IMG/VR virus record: IMGVR_UViG_3300038312_000392
Span: 1-31,751 of that record
Direction: 5' to 3' (one strand)
DNA length: 31,751 bases
From: a virus
Taxonomy: Duplodnaviria > Caudoviricetes
The notes beneath the pieces are model-generated. The model saw only the letters and a program-made list of their open reading frames with translations, did no database searches and was not told the origin of the DNA. Shown in pieces: positions 7,952 through 17,596 of this stretch (position 1 is its first letter; each line of letters begins with the position of its first letter). Made by a program: the position numbers and the translations under genes.

Positions 7952-9478
7952 TTACAAATATTGGATGTAGCCGCCGGTCTCGACGGTGACGATTGCCCCG
8001 ATTGCCGAGCTTACGGCGTAGGCGCTCGCGCCGCTGTAGACGTGGAAGCTGCCGCCGCTGGCGACCGAAACCGAGGTGGCGTTGCAGTAGCGCGAGAGCA
8101 GAAAACTCCCGCCCGCTTCCACGGTCACGGAGGCGATCTCGCAGGTTTCGTAGACACCCAGCCAGCCGCGCGAGCTCACGACGATGTCCGCATAGGAGCA
8201 GTTCTGCGAGACGTGGAGGCTGCCGCCGTTTTCGATGGTCGCGCCCGATCCGGCGCAGTTGTAGCGGATGTACATGATTCCGCCGGAGTTGACCGTGGTG
8301 TGGAACACCGAACCCGCGTTGGAGACGTACTGCGTCCCCGCGAGGACGGTGGAGGTCGCCGCGCCGCCGTTGGAGACGTACATGCAGCCCCCGGCTTCCA
8401 CCTCGACGTTGACCGCCCGCCCGTAGTTGCTGACGTACAGATATCCGGCGGAACTCACCATCGCCCTGACCGCCGTGCCGTGGAAGTCGGCGTAAAGATA
8501 GCCGTTCGAGTGGATCACCGCGTCATACGCCTTGCCGCTCGAATAGAGGTACATCCGCCCGTTGCCGGAGATTTGCGGCCACTCCGAAACCGCACCGAAG
8601 CTGACGAACTGCGTCCCGCCGCTCGAAAGCACCGTGCTTATCGCGCTCGCGTAGTGGTAAAGGTGCTGTTGATTCAGAACCAGAACATACCCATGCGCCG
8701 TGCCGTTGCTGGTCCAGAACGTGCCGTACTGGTTCGTCCCGGTGACCTTGGTCAGCTCGTCGTTGCCCCACACGTGGTGGTTGATGATGCCGCCCGCCGC
8801 GACCACCGCGTCGGTGCAGTTCGCGCCCGAGCTGACGTAGAGGTACGCGCCGCTCATGACGGTCGTGTGCTCCACGGCGCAGCTGTTGTAGCAGTACATG
8901 CTCGCGAACGCGCAGATCGTGGTATGAATGGCACGGACTCCGGACGAATTGCCGATGTCGAAACGCCCGTTGCTCGACACGACGCAGCTTTCGAAGGAGA
9001 CCGACACGCCTTGCCCGTAGAGCGAACCGCCCACCGAGACGTTGGCGCGGCGGACGATTCCGCCGGAGTGGACGAAGACCCGCGCGTTGCTGTGGACTTC
9101 GACCCCGTCCGCCAGCCCGCCGCTCACATAGATGTAGCCATAGTCGTTCACGTCCGTCATGCTTGCCGTGCCGCCGGGGCTGACGTGAAGGTAGCCGTTG
9201 CTGTTGACTACGGTATTTTCAGCGTGGCCGCCGTCGCGAACGAATACGCTGCCGCCGTAGTTGACGGTGGTGTTGAGCGCGGAACCGCCATTGTAGACCT
9301 CCATGCGGCTGACGCGGCTGGAGACGATGAAGCGGCTCCGCATGGTCATCGCGCTCTGGTTGCAACTACCGTTCCGCAGAAACGTGAACACGCCGCGCGA
9401 ACCGTAGACCGGCCCATCCACCGTGAGGTGGCCGCCCGCGCCTATCTTGTTGAACTGGTATGGTATTCGCATGGTCAC
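7952..9478 (-). CDS. AIDA-I/TibA-like strand-loop-strand repeat beta-helix protein without autotransporter domain
   Basis: About 19-aa repeats (GGSALNTTVNYGGSVFVRD, GGHAENTVVNSNGYLHVSP and so on) and an Ag43/AIDA-like VTGTNQYGTFWTSNGTA segment. Start is GTG 9478 or ATG 9472. Confidence 0.9.
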   Translation of the reverse strand: MTMRIPYQFNKIGAGGHLTVDGPVYGSRGVFTFLRNGSCNQSAMTMRSRFIVSSRVSRMEVYNGGSALNTTVNYGGSVFVRDGGHAENTVVNSNGYLHVSPGGTASMTDVNDYGYIYVSGGLADGVEVHSNARVFVHSGGIVRRANVSVGGSLYGQGVSVSFESCVVSSNGRFDIGNSSGVRAIHTTICAFASMYCYNSCAVEHTTVMSGAYLYVSSGANCTDAVVAAGGIINHHVWGNDELTKVTGTNQYGTFWTSNGTAHGYVLVLNQQHLYHYASAISTVLSSGGTQFVSFGAVSEWPQISGNGRMYLYSSGKAYDAVIHSNGYLYADFHGTAVRAMVSSAGYLYVSNYGRAVNVEVEAGGCMYVSNGGAATSTVLAGTQYVSNAGSVFHTTVNSGGIMYIRYNCAGSGATIENGGSLHVSQNCSYADIVVSSRGWLGVYETCEIASVTVEAGGSFLLSRYCNATSVSVASGGSFHVYSGASAYAVSSAIGAIVTVETGGYIQYL

Positions 9479-10914
9479 GCCTCATAGCTGTAAGCGTAGT
9501 TGACCTGAAGCCGGAGGTTGTTGACCGCTCCAGATTTATACACCGCCCGGATCACGAATACATGAACCATCGCCGCGTTATTTTTGAGCGGCAGCGTCTC
9601 CGGAATGTCGATTCCGACCATGCTCGAATCGGTGCTCCCGACGGTGACGCCAGTGACCGTCTGCGAACAGGGCGCGTGGTATTCCCAAGTGAGCATGCAA
9701 CCCGCGACCCCGGCATACGCCGCGCCGCCGACCGTTGTTTGCACGGCGGTAAAGTCGATGGCGAGATCGGGCGAAGCGTTGACGGTTGTGTTGCGGATGA
9801 TCGGGTAGTCGAGGAACAACGTCTTGGGGTTCGCGGCGCTATACTCCCGCTGATAGACCGGGTTCGAGACTTCCGTCATCGCGTGGGTGTGAGCCGAGGG
9901 CGCGAAGCTCGACGGCTTCCCCGAAACCCCGCCCCACGGCACGGCGGCAGCGGAATCCGCGCTGACGGCGGAATTCACCTTGCCATCGCCGTCCGGGTCG
10001 TACACCGAGGCGAGCATGTCGCCCATCCCCTGACCGTCGTCGCCGATGTATTTCACCCAAACCGCCTCGACAAAGTCGGCGGCGGAAATCTCCGGCATCT
10101 CGACCGTCGAATGCAGTTCCGCGCGGTATTTCAGCGTGTTGGAGGGTGTGAGTGAAAATCCGGTTCCAACCGCGTCCGTGGCGTAGGCAACGTAGCAGAA
10201 CGCATCCACGCCCGGATCGCCCTTCGCGCCCTCGGCCATTTTCAGTGGCTCGCTCCACTGCGCCCCCACGCCGGAGGCGCTGCGGAAGCGGATATAGCGG
10301 TCACTGTCGGCTTGAGCGTCGTGCCAATCTTCGGCGTTCGCGGAGAATTGCAGCGTCACCCCGGCAGCGATCATGGCGGTGACTTGCGCCGCCGTCAGAT
10401 AATCCGGTGAAATATTGGTGGGGTTGCCGAGACTGGTGATCCGGTTCCGCACCGTGAAATTCTCAATCTGCAACACGAAAATCTGCCGGGCGGCGACATC
10501 GTAGCCGATCAGCTCGCCCACCAGACCCGACTTGCTCTTCTCCGAGCCGAGCCACGCCGCCAGCTCCTCCGTGTTCATGTTGCTCATCGGGATCGTTATC
10601 TCGGTGTATTCGACCTCGCTACCCTCTGAATTTTCAATGATGGAAGCGACCGTAATGTCGCCGTTGTCGCCAATGAGTTTATAGGCGGTAGCCTCCGAGA
10701 AATCGTTGTCCATCGCCCACTGCCACGAGGCGATCCCGGCGAAAGTGGCCAAGGGATACGGCGTGTTGCCGTCGCGCTCGGCGAAGAGGCGCATTTTCAA
10801 ACACGCCTCCACACCGCGCACCAGCGTCGGCGGCGTGACCGATTTCGCGTTGGCGTAGTCCCGGACCGCGCCCAGCGTCTCGTTCGCCGCCACATAAAAA
10901 ATGATATTCTGCAT
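9475..10914 (-). CDS. Tail fibre protein, 479 aa
   Basis: GAKGDPG collagen-like stub, YVAYATDAVGTGFS, GDMLASVYDPDGDG and VPWGGVSGKPSSFAPSAHTH fibre motifs. Confidence 0.8.
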   Translation of the reverse strand: MQNIIFYVAANETLGAVRDYANAKSVTPPTLVRGVEACLKMRLFAERDGNTPYPLATFAGIASWQWAMDNDFSEATAYKLIGDNGDITVASIIENSEGSEVEYTEITIPMSNMNTEELAAWLGSEKSKSGLVGELIGYDVAARQIFVLQIENFTVRNRITSLGNPTNISPDYLTAAQVTAMIAAGVTLQFSANAEDWHDAQADSDRYIRFRSASGVGAQWSEPLKMAEGAKGDPGVDAFCYVAYATDAVGTGFSLTPSNTLKYRAELHSTVEMPEISAADFVEAVWVKYIGDDGQGMGDMLASVYDPDGDGKVNSAVSADSAAAVPWGGVSGKPSSFAPSAHTHAMTEVSNPVYQREYSAANPKTLFLDYPIIRNTTVNASPDLAIDFTAVQTTVGGAAYAGVAGCMLTWEYHAPCSQTVTGVTVGSTDSSMVGIDIPETLPLKNNAAMVHVFVIRAVYKSGAVNNLRLQVNYAYSYEA

Positions 10915-11273
10915 CAGTCGCTCCTCAGTTGTTCCAGCCGAGCCACCGCTTCCGGGTGGTCGGCATTGAAGTGTTCCCGGATCGCGTCAAGCACCTCGCA
11001 CCAGCCCCTGCCGATGTCGCGGTCGCGGTTTTCCTCGATCAGGATCGCGAGGTTACGGACGGCGAGCGCCGTTTCGCGATGGTCATACATCAGATGGTCG
11101 GCGGCGAGCCGGAGCTGGCCGGAGATCGCGTCCCGGTTGTCGTCCGCATACAAAAACTCGTTCCAGAGCGACCACGCTTTCACGACATGCTTTTTCGCGC
11201 AGACCGTGCATTGGTCGAACGGGCTGACGCGGGTTACGGAAACTCCGTTTCGGGTGTGGCAATTGCAGCTCAT
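10914..11273 (-). CDS. Hypothetical Cys/His-containing protein, 119 aa
   Basis: In-operon ORF abutting both neighbours. CNCH and CTVC..KH motifs. Confidence 0.7.
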   Translation of the reverse strand: MSCNCHTRNGVSVTRVSPFDQCTVCAKKHVVKAWSLWNEFLYADDNRDAISGQLRLAADHLMYDHRETALAVRNLAILIEENRDRDIGRGWCEVLDAIREHFNADHPEAVARLEQLRSD

Positions 11274-12005
11274 TTATTCAAACTCCGGGTCGGGAGGCCG
11301 GGAGTAGCTTTGCTCCTCGGTCTCGGTTATGTGTTCTTCTGCGGAGAGTTCGTGCAGCTCCCATCGCTCGGCTTTCGTGATGTGCCGCTCCTCGAACTCG
11401 CCGTCGCGGCGGGCGTAATAGCAGTCGCCGTCATAGAGCGCCGCCTTGTAGGCGGGGACTCCGTCCGCGACCACTTCGTACAGCTTTTTCGTTCCGGGAT
11501 GGTATGCCCATGAAAAGATTCCGCCGTCGCGGAACTGCCCCGAAATCAGCAGCCGGTTCGCCTGGAACGGATCGTAGGAAGCGCGGTACAGAAACGCCGC
11601 TTCGGGGATCGCCAGCGTAACCGTCCGCCCCGGCTCGGCGATGCGGATCGGGGTGCGCCGTCCGGCGTAGGCCACACGGTCTTTCCGCGCGAAACCGACG
11701 TCGGCTTCCAGCAGCGGTGTCGCCGCATTGCCGATGCCGAGAATCCGGTAGAGCCGAAACTGGCGGTCGGTTTTTGCGCCGCCCGCGATGAACGAAATCT
11801 TCCACATGCCGTCCTCGAACTCGGCGCAGGGGCCGCACTCGGTCGCGTCCTCCGGCAACCCGGTCTTGATCCGCTTCCACCGCGTCCCGGTGAAGTGATG
11901 GAGCTTCCACAGCCCGTTCGCCATAATGCAGCAGAGCTGTTTCCCGCCGGGCGCGGCGAACGGCATGTGGGTAAAGCGATTGTCCTTGAATTCAAACATT
12001 ATCAT
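11274..12005 (-). CDS. Hypothetical beta-rich protein, 243 aa
   Basis: Start moved to the ATG overlapping the upstream TGA (ATGA). Repeated beta-strand pattern. Confidence 0.7.
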   Translation of the reverse strand: MIMFEFKDNRFTHMPFAAPGGKQLCCIMANGLWKLHHFTGTRWKRIKTGLPEDATECGPCAEFEDGMWKISFIAGGAKTDRQFRLYRILGIGNAATPLLEADVGFARKDRVAYAGRRTPIRIAEPGRTVTLAIPEAAFLYRASYDPFQANRLLISGQFRDGGIFSWAYHPGTKKLYEVVADGVPAYKAALYDGDCYYARRDGEFEERHITKAERWELHELSAEEHITETEEQSYSRPPDPEFE

Positions 12006-12403
12006 CCTCCGCCCGGACAGGGCCATGTTATGTTTCCGTTTTCATCGACGCAGCCCATCTGCAGCTGCATGTAGCCGTTGTAGCTGTAGCCGGAGACGAA
12101 CTCGTTCGGCAATCCCGTGAGGACACCGTCACCGTCGATGCTTCCGTTGTTGTAGATCGAGCCGGAACAGCCGTTGTCGCTGTTGTTCCAGTGCGATTCC
12201 CCCACGTCGCGGATGCGCCACCTTGCTCCGGGCAAGCCGATGTGCTCGCCCTGATACGGGGTCAAGTCCCAGCGCGGCGAGCTGGGATTGGTGATCTTGC
12301 TCGCGATGACCTTCGGTCGACAACACGGGCAGATCCAGCAGGCGATCAGCCGCCCTTTTTTCAGAAGGAGGACTTTTGATTTATAGTCGCGCCAGAGCTT
12401 CAT
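12002..12403 (-). CDS. Hypothetical Cys-rich tail-region protein, 133 aa
   Basis: Start MKLWRDY with ATGA overlap. CWICPCC motif. Confidence 0.7.
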   Translation of the reverse strand: MKLWRDYKSKVLLLKKGRLIACWICPCCRPKVIASKITNPSSPRWDLTPYQGEHIGLPGARWRIRDVGESHWNNSDNGCSGSIYNNGSIDGDGVLTGLPNEFVSGYSYNGYMQLQMGCVDENGNITWPCPGGG

Positions 12404-13185
12404 TCGCTGCAGTCCCCCGCCGCGAGCAGGATCGCCACCGGCACTCGGAACGAGCAGACCGTCACCGATTCGCCGCTCGTTTTGCAGCTCCCGACCGGAT
12501 AGCTGAACTGTCCCGGCTCGCTGAATTTCACTTCCGGTTCGCTCCAATTCCCCTCGCTGTCGAGGTTGGACGCGACGCACACCATCCCCGTCTGCGGGGA
12601 GAGTTCGGAGGCTCCGACCGCCTTGAATTCGCCGTTCCGCGAGAGGTATCCGGCCTTGATTTTCAGCATTTTGCTTTCGGTGTCATAGCTCAGGGCGAAG
12701 GGGCCGTCGTAGCTGTCCTGCGAGCTTGCGCCGAGCAGGATCACCCCTTTGCCGCCCCCGGCGAAGATCACCGGCGAACCGGTCGCGCCTCGCGTGAACG
12801 TCGCCGGGTTGGACGCGCTCGGCGCGGCGTATTCCCCCGAACCGGAGAGCGACACCGTCGCCGGACCGCAGAGGATGCAGCTTCCGAGGGCTTTCGCGGC
12901 AAGATTGTTCACTACGACACCCCACGGTTTCGCCACGTCCTTCAGCGGTTCGGCGGGGACGGCGTCGCCGCAGAGAGTGCCGCTTTCGCTGAAATTCACC
13001 GCCGTCCCCGCCGCGATGGCGCTTCCGGTGTTGTTGTAGACCTGGATGCGGATCATGCCGCCGGTCGCCGTCATCGGTTTCGCTCCGAAGCCGTTCATCG
13101 CGTTGACCAGATGCCGGATATTGTTGCTTAAAAGCGCGTTCGGCTTGAACTCCTCGCCGCGCGTCACGTCAGGGAAGAACGCCAT
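12400..13185 (-). CDS. Putative minor tail or tail-tip protein, 261 aa
   Basis: Second gene after the tape measure. VYNNTGSAIAAG motif common in virion proteins. Confidence 0.65.
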   Translation of the reverse strand: MAFFPDVTRGEEFKPNALLSNNIRHLVNAMNGFGAKPMTATGGMIRIQVYNNTGSAIAAGTAVNFSESGTLCGDAVPAEPLKDVAKPWGVVVNNLAAKALGSCILCGPATVSLSGSGEYAAPSASNPATFTRGATGSPVIFAGGGKGVILLGASSQDSYDGPFALSYDTESKMLKIKAGYLSRNGEFKAVGASELSPQTGMVCVASNLDSEGNWSEPEVKFSEPGQFSYPVGSCKTSGESVTVCSFRVPVAILLAAGDCSE

Positions 13186-13186
13186 A

Positions 13187-14002
13187 TCACAACCCCAATC
13201 CGCTGAAACTGGCGTATTCGCAGACCTGATCGACGTAGACCCCCTCCAGCTCGACCTTCGGGACGCTGCCCGACGCGGTGGTCTTGCTGATCGCCCAGAC
13301 GTATTCGAACCCCTTTTTCGTGCCGATGCTTTTGCCGCCGACCTTCGCGCCGGATTCGTTGGGCTGGACGGCGAAGTTGAAGGTGACGGTCACCTTCTTC
13401 GCCTTTTTCGCCGGGGTCGAGTAGCTCATGCCGAGGAACATGACTTCCCCCGCGCTCCACCCCTTGAACGAGCCGGAGTTGACCTTGCCCACCAGTTCCG
13501 CCACGCGGCGTTTGTAACTGGTGGAGAGTTGGCTGAGTCGCATCGGTTTTGTATACGTCTCACGGAGCTGCGCGGTCGGCACGTCCACGCCGGAGATCTC
13601 GCAATCGTCGCCGCACTTGCCGTTCCAGCCGATTGCTCCGCCCGCGTCCTTGTCGCCGTAGGCTTTCCGCTGCGAAAGTCCATAGTTGAGGTGCTTCGTG
13701 CCGCCGCCGCAGTCGAAGCTGACGGTTGGGTCTTCGTCGTCCTCGTCGTCCGAATCGGCGGAGTCGTCCTCCGGCTTGTAGACGGCGTTGACTCGATAAG
13801 TGCTGTCGTTCTCCCGCGTGTCGATTTCGATCCCATCGAGCGGCAAGTTGCCGCATTCGGCAGGAGCTTCGGCAAGAACCGCCGCCAATGCGGCGTCTTC
13901 GTCAACCGCCTCGAACACCAGATACTGGATCTCGACGGCGGTGTACTTGCCGTTCTTGTCGATGGACTTGCGATGCCCCTCGTAGCTTTGTTCAACTCTC
14001 AT
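13187..14002 (-). CDS. Putative distal tail or hub protein, 271 aa
   Basis: Directly after the tape measure. GKVNSGSFKGW.AGEVMFLG and KKGFEYVW motifs. GGAGG RBS. Confidence 0.7.
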   Translation of the reverse strand: MRVEQSYEGHRKSIDKNGKYTAVEIQYLVFEAVDEDAALAAVLAEAPAECGNLPLDGIEIDTRENDSTYRVNAVYKPEDDSADSDDEDDEDPTVSFDCGGGTKHLNYGLSQRKAYGDKDAGGAIGWNGKCGDDCEISGVDVPTAQLRETYTKPMRLSQLSTSYKRRVAELVGKVNSGSFKGWSAGEVMFLGMSYSTPAKKAKKVTVTFNFAVQPNESGAKVGGKSIGTKKGFEYVWAISKTTASGSVPKVELEGVYVDQVCEYASFSGLGL

Positions 14003-14010
14003 GATTCCTC

Positions 14011-17000
14011 CTATGCATAGTTCAGCGTTCCGCCGCCGGTTTCGAGTTTTTTCAGGAGCTTGTTGGTCTCCTTGCCTTGTTTCGCCATCTGTTCGGTGGC
14101 GTTTGCCGTCCTTTCAGCCTCGGTTCCACCGCCGCCCAGCATGGCGTTCAGCGATTCGGTGAAAAAGCTGCCGAGCGTCCGGTTGCGGTCCGCCGCCTGA
14201 CTCGTCCCCTCCTGCGCGTCATGGAGTTTCGCCTCGTATTTGTCGAGCATGGATTCGGCGCGACTGTAGCCCTCCTGCGCCTCGTTGATCCGTTGCCGTT
14301 CATCGTCGTCGATCTTGCCGTCCGCTTTGGCGGATTCCAGCTCCGCCTCGAAAGTGGCCTTTGCCGCTGCAGCGGCTTGGCGGTACTGCTCGATCATCTC
14401 ATTCAGCATAGCCGCGCCCGCTTCGGGATCATTCTTCAGCGTCTCGTCAATTTCCCGATCCACTTCGCGCTCCTCGCGGCGGCGTTGGATTCCCTGTTCG
14501 GTTTCGGCGAAACGGCGCTCAAGATTGGCAACGTCGCGGTTGAACTCCTCGACAGCCTTGTCCTGCGCGTTGGCGATCCGCTCGGCGGCGATGGAATCGG
14601 CTTCGGCAAGTTTCTTTTCCAACTCGGCGATCTTGTCCTTGTCCTGAAGCGCATCGGCTTTCGAGCGCTCGAAATCAAGCATGGTCTGGATCAGTTTTTT
14701 GTATTCATCGTTCAGATTCTGGATCTCAATGATCTCGTTTTCGAGTTCGCTCCGGCGTTCTTTCGCCAACTGCGCGTCGATGGCCGCCACGCGGGATTCC
14801 GCATCGGCGGCGGTCTGGGCGGAGACCGCCCGGCGCTGCTCCTCGGCTTGAAGGTTCTCTTCCGTATTCTCCCCTTCGCCGGTGAGCGCGTTGGCGTCGC
14901 CGCCTTGCAATGCCTTCATCCGTTCACGCGCCGCGCCCATCCGCTTCAGGTTGGCAATCGCGCGATCTCCGTTTGCTTCAAGCTGCTTGACCGCCTCCGC
15001 CTGTTTGCCGGTCATTTGGCTCCACAGATTGTGGTTCCAGTAGGACATCAGCGATTCGTCCTCCTTGCGGAGCTCCTTCAAATTCGCCTCGTACTCGGCG
15101 ATTTCCGCCTCCAGCTCGGAGAGAGTGGCGCGTTTCATCGACTCGTTGAGCTTGTCCTGCGCGTCGGCGGCGAGGGTCAGCTTCCCCGCCACCGCGTCGA
15201 TGCCCGCCCCGAAGTCGCCGTATTTCGCCGTCAGCTTGCCGGTCAGGGCTTCCGCCTCGGCGAGTTCGGCGGCGGAGAGCTTCTGCTTTTCCGAAAGCTG
15301 CTTCAAGCGCTCCATCCGCGTCTGATCGACGCGGCGCTGATCATCGCCCTTTTGCCGGAGAGTCTCCATCTTGTCGGAGAGGTCGGCGGTGTGCCGCGCC
15401 GCCATGCTGAGGCCGATCACCACCGCCGCGAGCGCCGCCCCCACGCCGATCAGAATCCACGAGATCGGGATCGCGCAGAAGGCCGCCGCTGCCGCCGTCG
15501 CGGCGAGATACCCCGCCGCCACCGCTTTCGCGCTCACCGCGAGCAGGAAGTTCGCCACGCTCCCCGCCGCGGAACTTGCCGTAGCCTTGAGGTTGGCGGC
15601 GGAAAACAAGCCTGCCACGGAAGCGGCAAACGCCCGTGCACCCGACAGTGCTTTGGTCGCCAGCGCGGAAATCCCGATGACGGCGGTGTGCGCCTTGGTC
15701 GAGGCGGTCGCCGCCACCGTTGCGAGGCTGAACGATTTCAGGGCGGAGGTGGCTTGCAACCACTTCGCCGCCAGCATTGATTTCGCGGTGCTCGCGGCTT
15801 CGGCGTTCGACATCAGCACCAATCCAGCCGCGATCTGCTTGGCGCGAACGTCGATGGGCAGATTTAACGCCGCGAGCAACTGCGAAGTCCCAACCATAGC
15901 CGGAATCGCCGCATTGCGGTAGTTCGCGAACGCCTGAGTCAAGAGCGAGAGCGAATTGCCGAGCGTCGTACCCTGCGCCACGCACAAGCCCTGCACGAAA
16001 GCAAAACCTTTCAGCACCGTCTGTACCACGGCGATTCCGGCGGCGGCTCCCTTGGCGGCAATGCCGATGCCGATCAGCGTCACGCCCAGTCCCGCCGCGC
16101 CCGCCACCACGGCGGCGATTGCCGTGACCGTGCCGTGGTTTGCCTCGATCCACTTGGTCGTCTCGTTGATGACGGCAGTGATCTTGTCGATCAAAGGCTG
16201 CAAGGTGCCGGTGATCGCCTCGGAAAGCGCGTTCGACGATCCCTCGACCGCCGACCACAACAGCCGGAACGAGCCGCCCAGCCCGGCGTCCATCGCGGCG
16301 GCGGTTTCGGCGGCAACACCCTCCACGTCGCGGAGCTTCGCCAGCATCGCGTCGAGTTCGTCGGTGTTCGCGCCCAGCGTCAGCCCGGCGAGTGAACCGC
16401 GGATGTCGAAGATATCCTCGGCAAACGCCAGCTTTTCGGCGGAGGGCATCGCGTTCATCACTTTGCCGATGTCGCGCATGATCTCCGCCATCTTGCGGAG
16501 GTTGCCGTTCGCATCGACCGTCTCCACACCGACCGCCCGGAGCTGATCCTGCACCTTCACCTTGGTGAACTGCGAGAAGCTTTTCCGTAGCGCCGTTCCG
16601 GCGAGCGAACCCTTGATGCCCATGTTGGCGAGCACCGCCAGGCTGGCGGCGGTCTCCTGAATGGATTCACCCGCCGCTTTCGCCTGCGGGCCGCCCATCT
16701 TCAAGCCTTCAAAAAGGTCGGAAAGCGTCTGCGCCGAACTGTTCGTGGCAACCGTCAGTACATCGGAAACCGCCCCCATCTTCGATGCCTCGATTCCGAA
16801 GATCCGCATCGCGTTGGCGGCGATGTCCCCCGCATCGGCAAGCTCGGTTCCGGTCGAACGGGCGAGGTTCAACACTGCGTCGATAGAGGCTTGGATTTCT
16901 GTCGGAGAGAAGCCCATGCGCCCGAGCGATACCATCGCATCCGCCGCCTGCTGCGCGGTATAACTGGTGTCGCGCCCGAGCCGCTGCGCCGTCTTGGTCA

Positions 17001-17268
17001 GGGATTTGAAGTCCGCCTCGGTCGCCTGCGTGACGGCGTGGACAAGCCGCATCCGGTCGTCGAACCCGGCGAAAGACTTCAGCGCCAGCGCCATCGGAGC
17101 CGCCAATGCCCCCGAAACCATCAGCATATCCCGGCCAATGGCGGTACAGGACTTGCCGAAGCTCTGAAGCTGCGCCTGGGCGGACGCAAGGTTCCGCCGG
17201 AGCTTGCTCGTTTCGGCGGTCACCTCCACATAGGCCGCCCCGGCGCGGATATTGCTGGATATGGACAT
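14011..17268 (-). CDS. Tail tape measure protein (TP901 family), 1085 aa
   Basis: AGAAYVE N-terminus, LGRDTSYTA.QAADAM..LGRMGF and GIKGSLAGTALR core, Ala-rich helical middle and coiled-coil C-terminus. Confidence 0.95.
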   Translation of the reverse strand: MSISSNIRAGAAYVEVTAETSKLRRNLASAQAQLQSFGKSCTAIGRDMLMVSGALAAPMALALKSFAGFDDRMRLVHAVTQATEADFKSLTKTAQRLGRDTSYTAQQAADAMVSLGRMGFSPTEIQASIDAVLNLARSTGTELADAGDIAANAMRIFGIEASKMGAVSDVLTVATNSSAQTLSDLFEGLKMGGPQAKAAGESIQETAASLAVLANMGIKGSLAGTALRKSFSQFTKVKVQDQLRAVGVETVDANGNLRKMAEIMRDIGKVMNAMPSAEKLAFAEDIFDIRGSLAGLTLGANTDELDAMLAKLRDVEGVAAETAAAMDAGLGGSFRLLWSAVEGSSNALSEAITGTLQPLIDKITAVINETTKWIEANHGTVTAIAAVVAGAAGLGVTLIGIGIAAKGAAAGIAVVQTVLKGFAFVQGLCVAQGTTLGNSLSLLTQAFANYRNAAIPAMVGTSQLLAALNLPIDVRAKQIAAGLVLMSNAEAASTAKSMLAAKWLQATSALKSFSLATVAATASTKAHTAVIGISALATKALSGARAFAASVAGLFSAANLKATASSAAGSVANFLLAVSAKAVAAGYLAATAAAAAFCAIPISWILIGVGAALAAVVIGLSMAARHTADLSDKMETLRQKGDDQRRVDQTRMERLKQLSEKQKLSAAELAEAEALTGKLTAKYGDFGAGIDAVAGKLTLAADAQDKLNESMKRATLSELEAEIAEYEANLKELRKEDESLMSYWNHNLWSQMTGKQAEAVKQLEANGDRAIANLKRMGAARERMKALQGGDANALTGEGENTEENLQAEEQRRAVSAQTAADAESRVAAIDAQLAKERRSELENEIIEIQNLNDEYKKLIQTMLDFERSKADALQDKDKIAELEKKLAEADSIAAERIANAQDKAVEEFNRDVANLERRFAETEQGIQRRREEREVDREIDETLKNDPEAGAAMLNEMIEQYRQAAAAAKATFEAELESAKADGKIDDDERQRINEAQEGYSRAESMLDKYEAKLHDAQEGTSQAADRNRTLGSFFTESLNAMLGGGGTEAERTANATEQMAKQGKETNKLLKKLETGGGTLNYA

Positions 17269-17295
17269 ATTTGGGCCTTTTTTATAGAATAAGAG

Positions 17296-17324
17296 TTGAA
17301 AAACCCAAGCGTAGGGTTTATAAT
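17296..17324 (+). promoter_or_regulatory. Near-consensus sigma70 promoter with an internal palindromic operator
   Basis: TTGAAA-N17-TATAAT. AAACCC-N7-GGGTTT inverted repeat at 17301-17319. Confidence 0.8.
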
Positions 17325-17356
17325 ATTATCAAGATAACAATACGCAGGAATTTACG

Positions 17357-17596
17357 ATGCCGAAATTTTTCATGTTTCTCGGGTTCTGGGTCGGAAGATT
17401 CTCCCACGAGGAAGATCGCGCCCATGTGCATGTTGTGAAATTCGGGTCACCGGAAGCGATGAAAGTTTGGCTCGAGCCGGACGTTGAAATTGAATACATC
17501 AAAGGCATCAACGCGGCGACGGCAAATAAAATCCTTAACGAAATCAGGAGGCGGAAAGATGAATGCCTTGAAAAATGGAACAACGCTGACAGCTAA
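17357..17596 (+). CDS. DUF4160 family protein (putative toxin of a TA-like pair)
   Basis: MP......G....F...E...HVHV...AMKVWLEP...EKWN pattern. Confidence 0.85.
   Translation: MPKFFMFLGFWVGRFSHEEDRAHVHVVKFGSPEAMKVWLEPDVEIEYIKGINAATANKILNEIRRRKDECLEKWNNADS

Noticed and set aside
7961-9487. 508-aa plus-strand ORF mirroring the AIDA-repeat gene
   Set aside because: Codon-aligned antisense shadow with an Arg/Ala-rich, non-protein-like sequence.
3024-10914. Diversity-generating retroelement or invertible tail-fibre cassette
   Set aside because: No reverse transcriptase, no template/variable repeat pair and no inverted fibre segments seen. The recombinase is a large integrase type about 16 kb away.
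14077-15780. 567-aa plus-strand ORF and similar long ORFs opposite the portal, capsid and terminase genes
   Set aside because: Antisense shadows caused by stop-codon scarcity at high GC.
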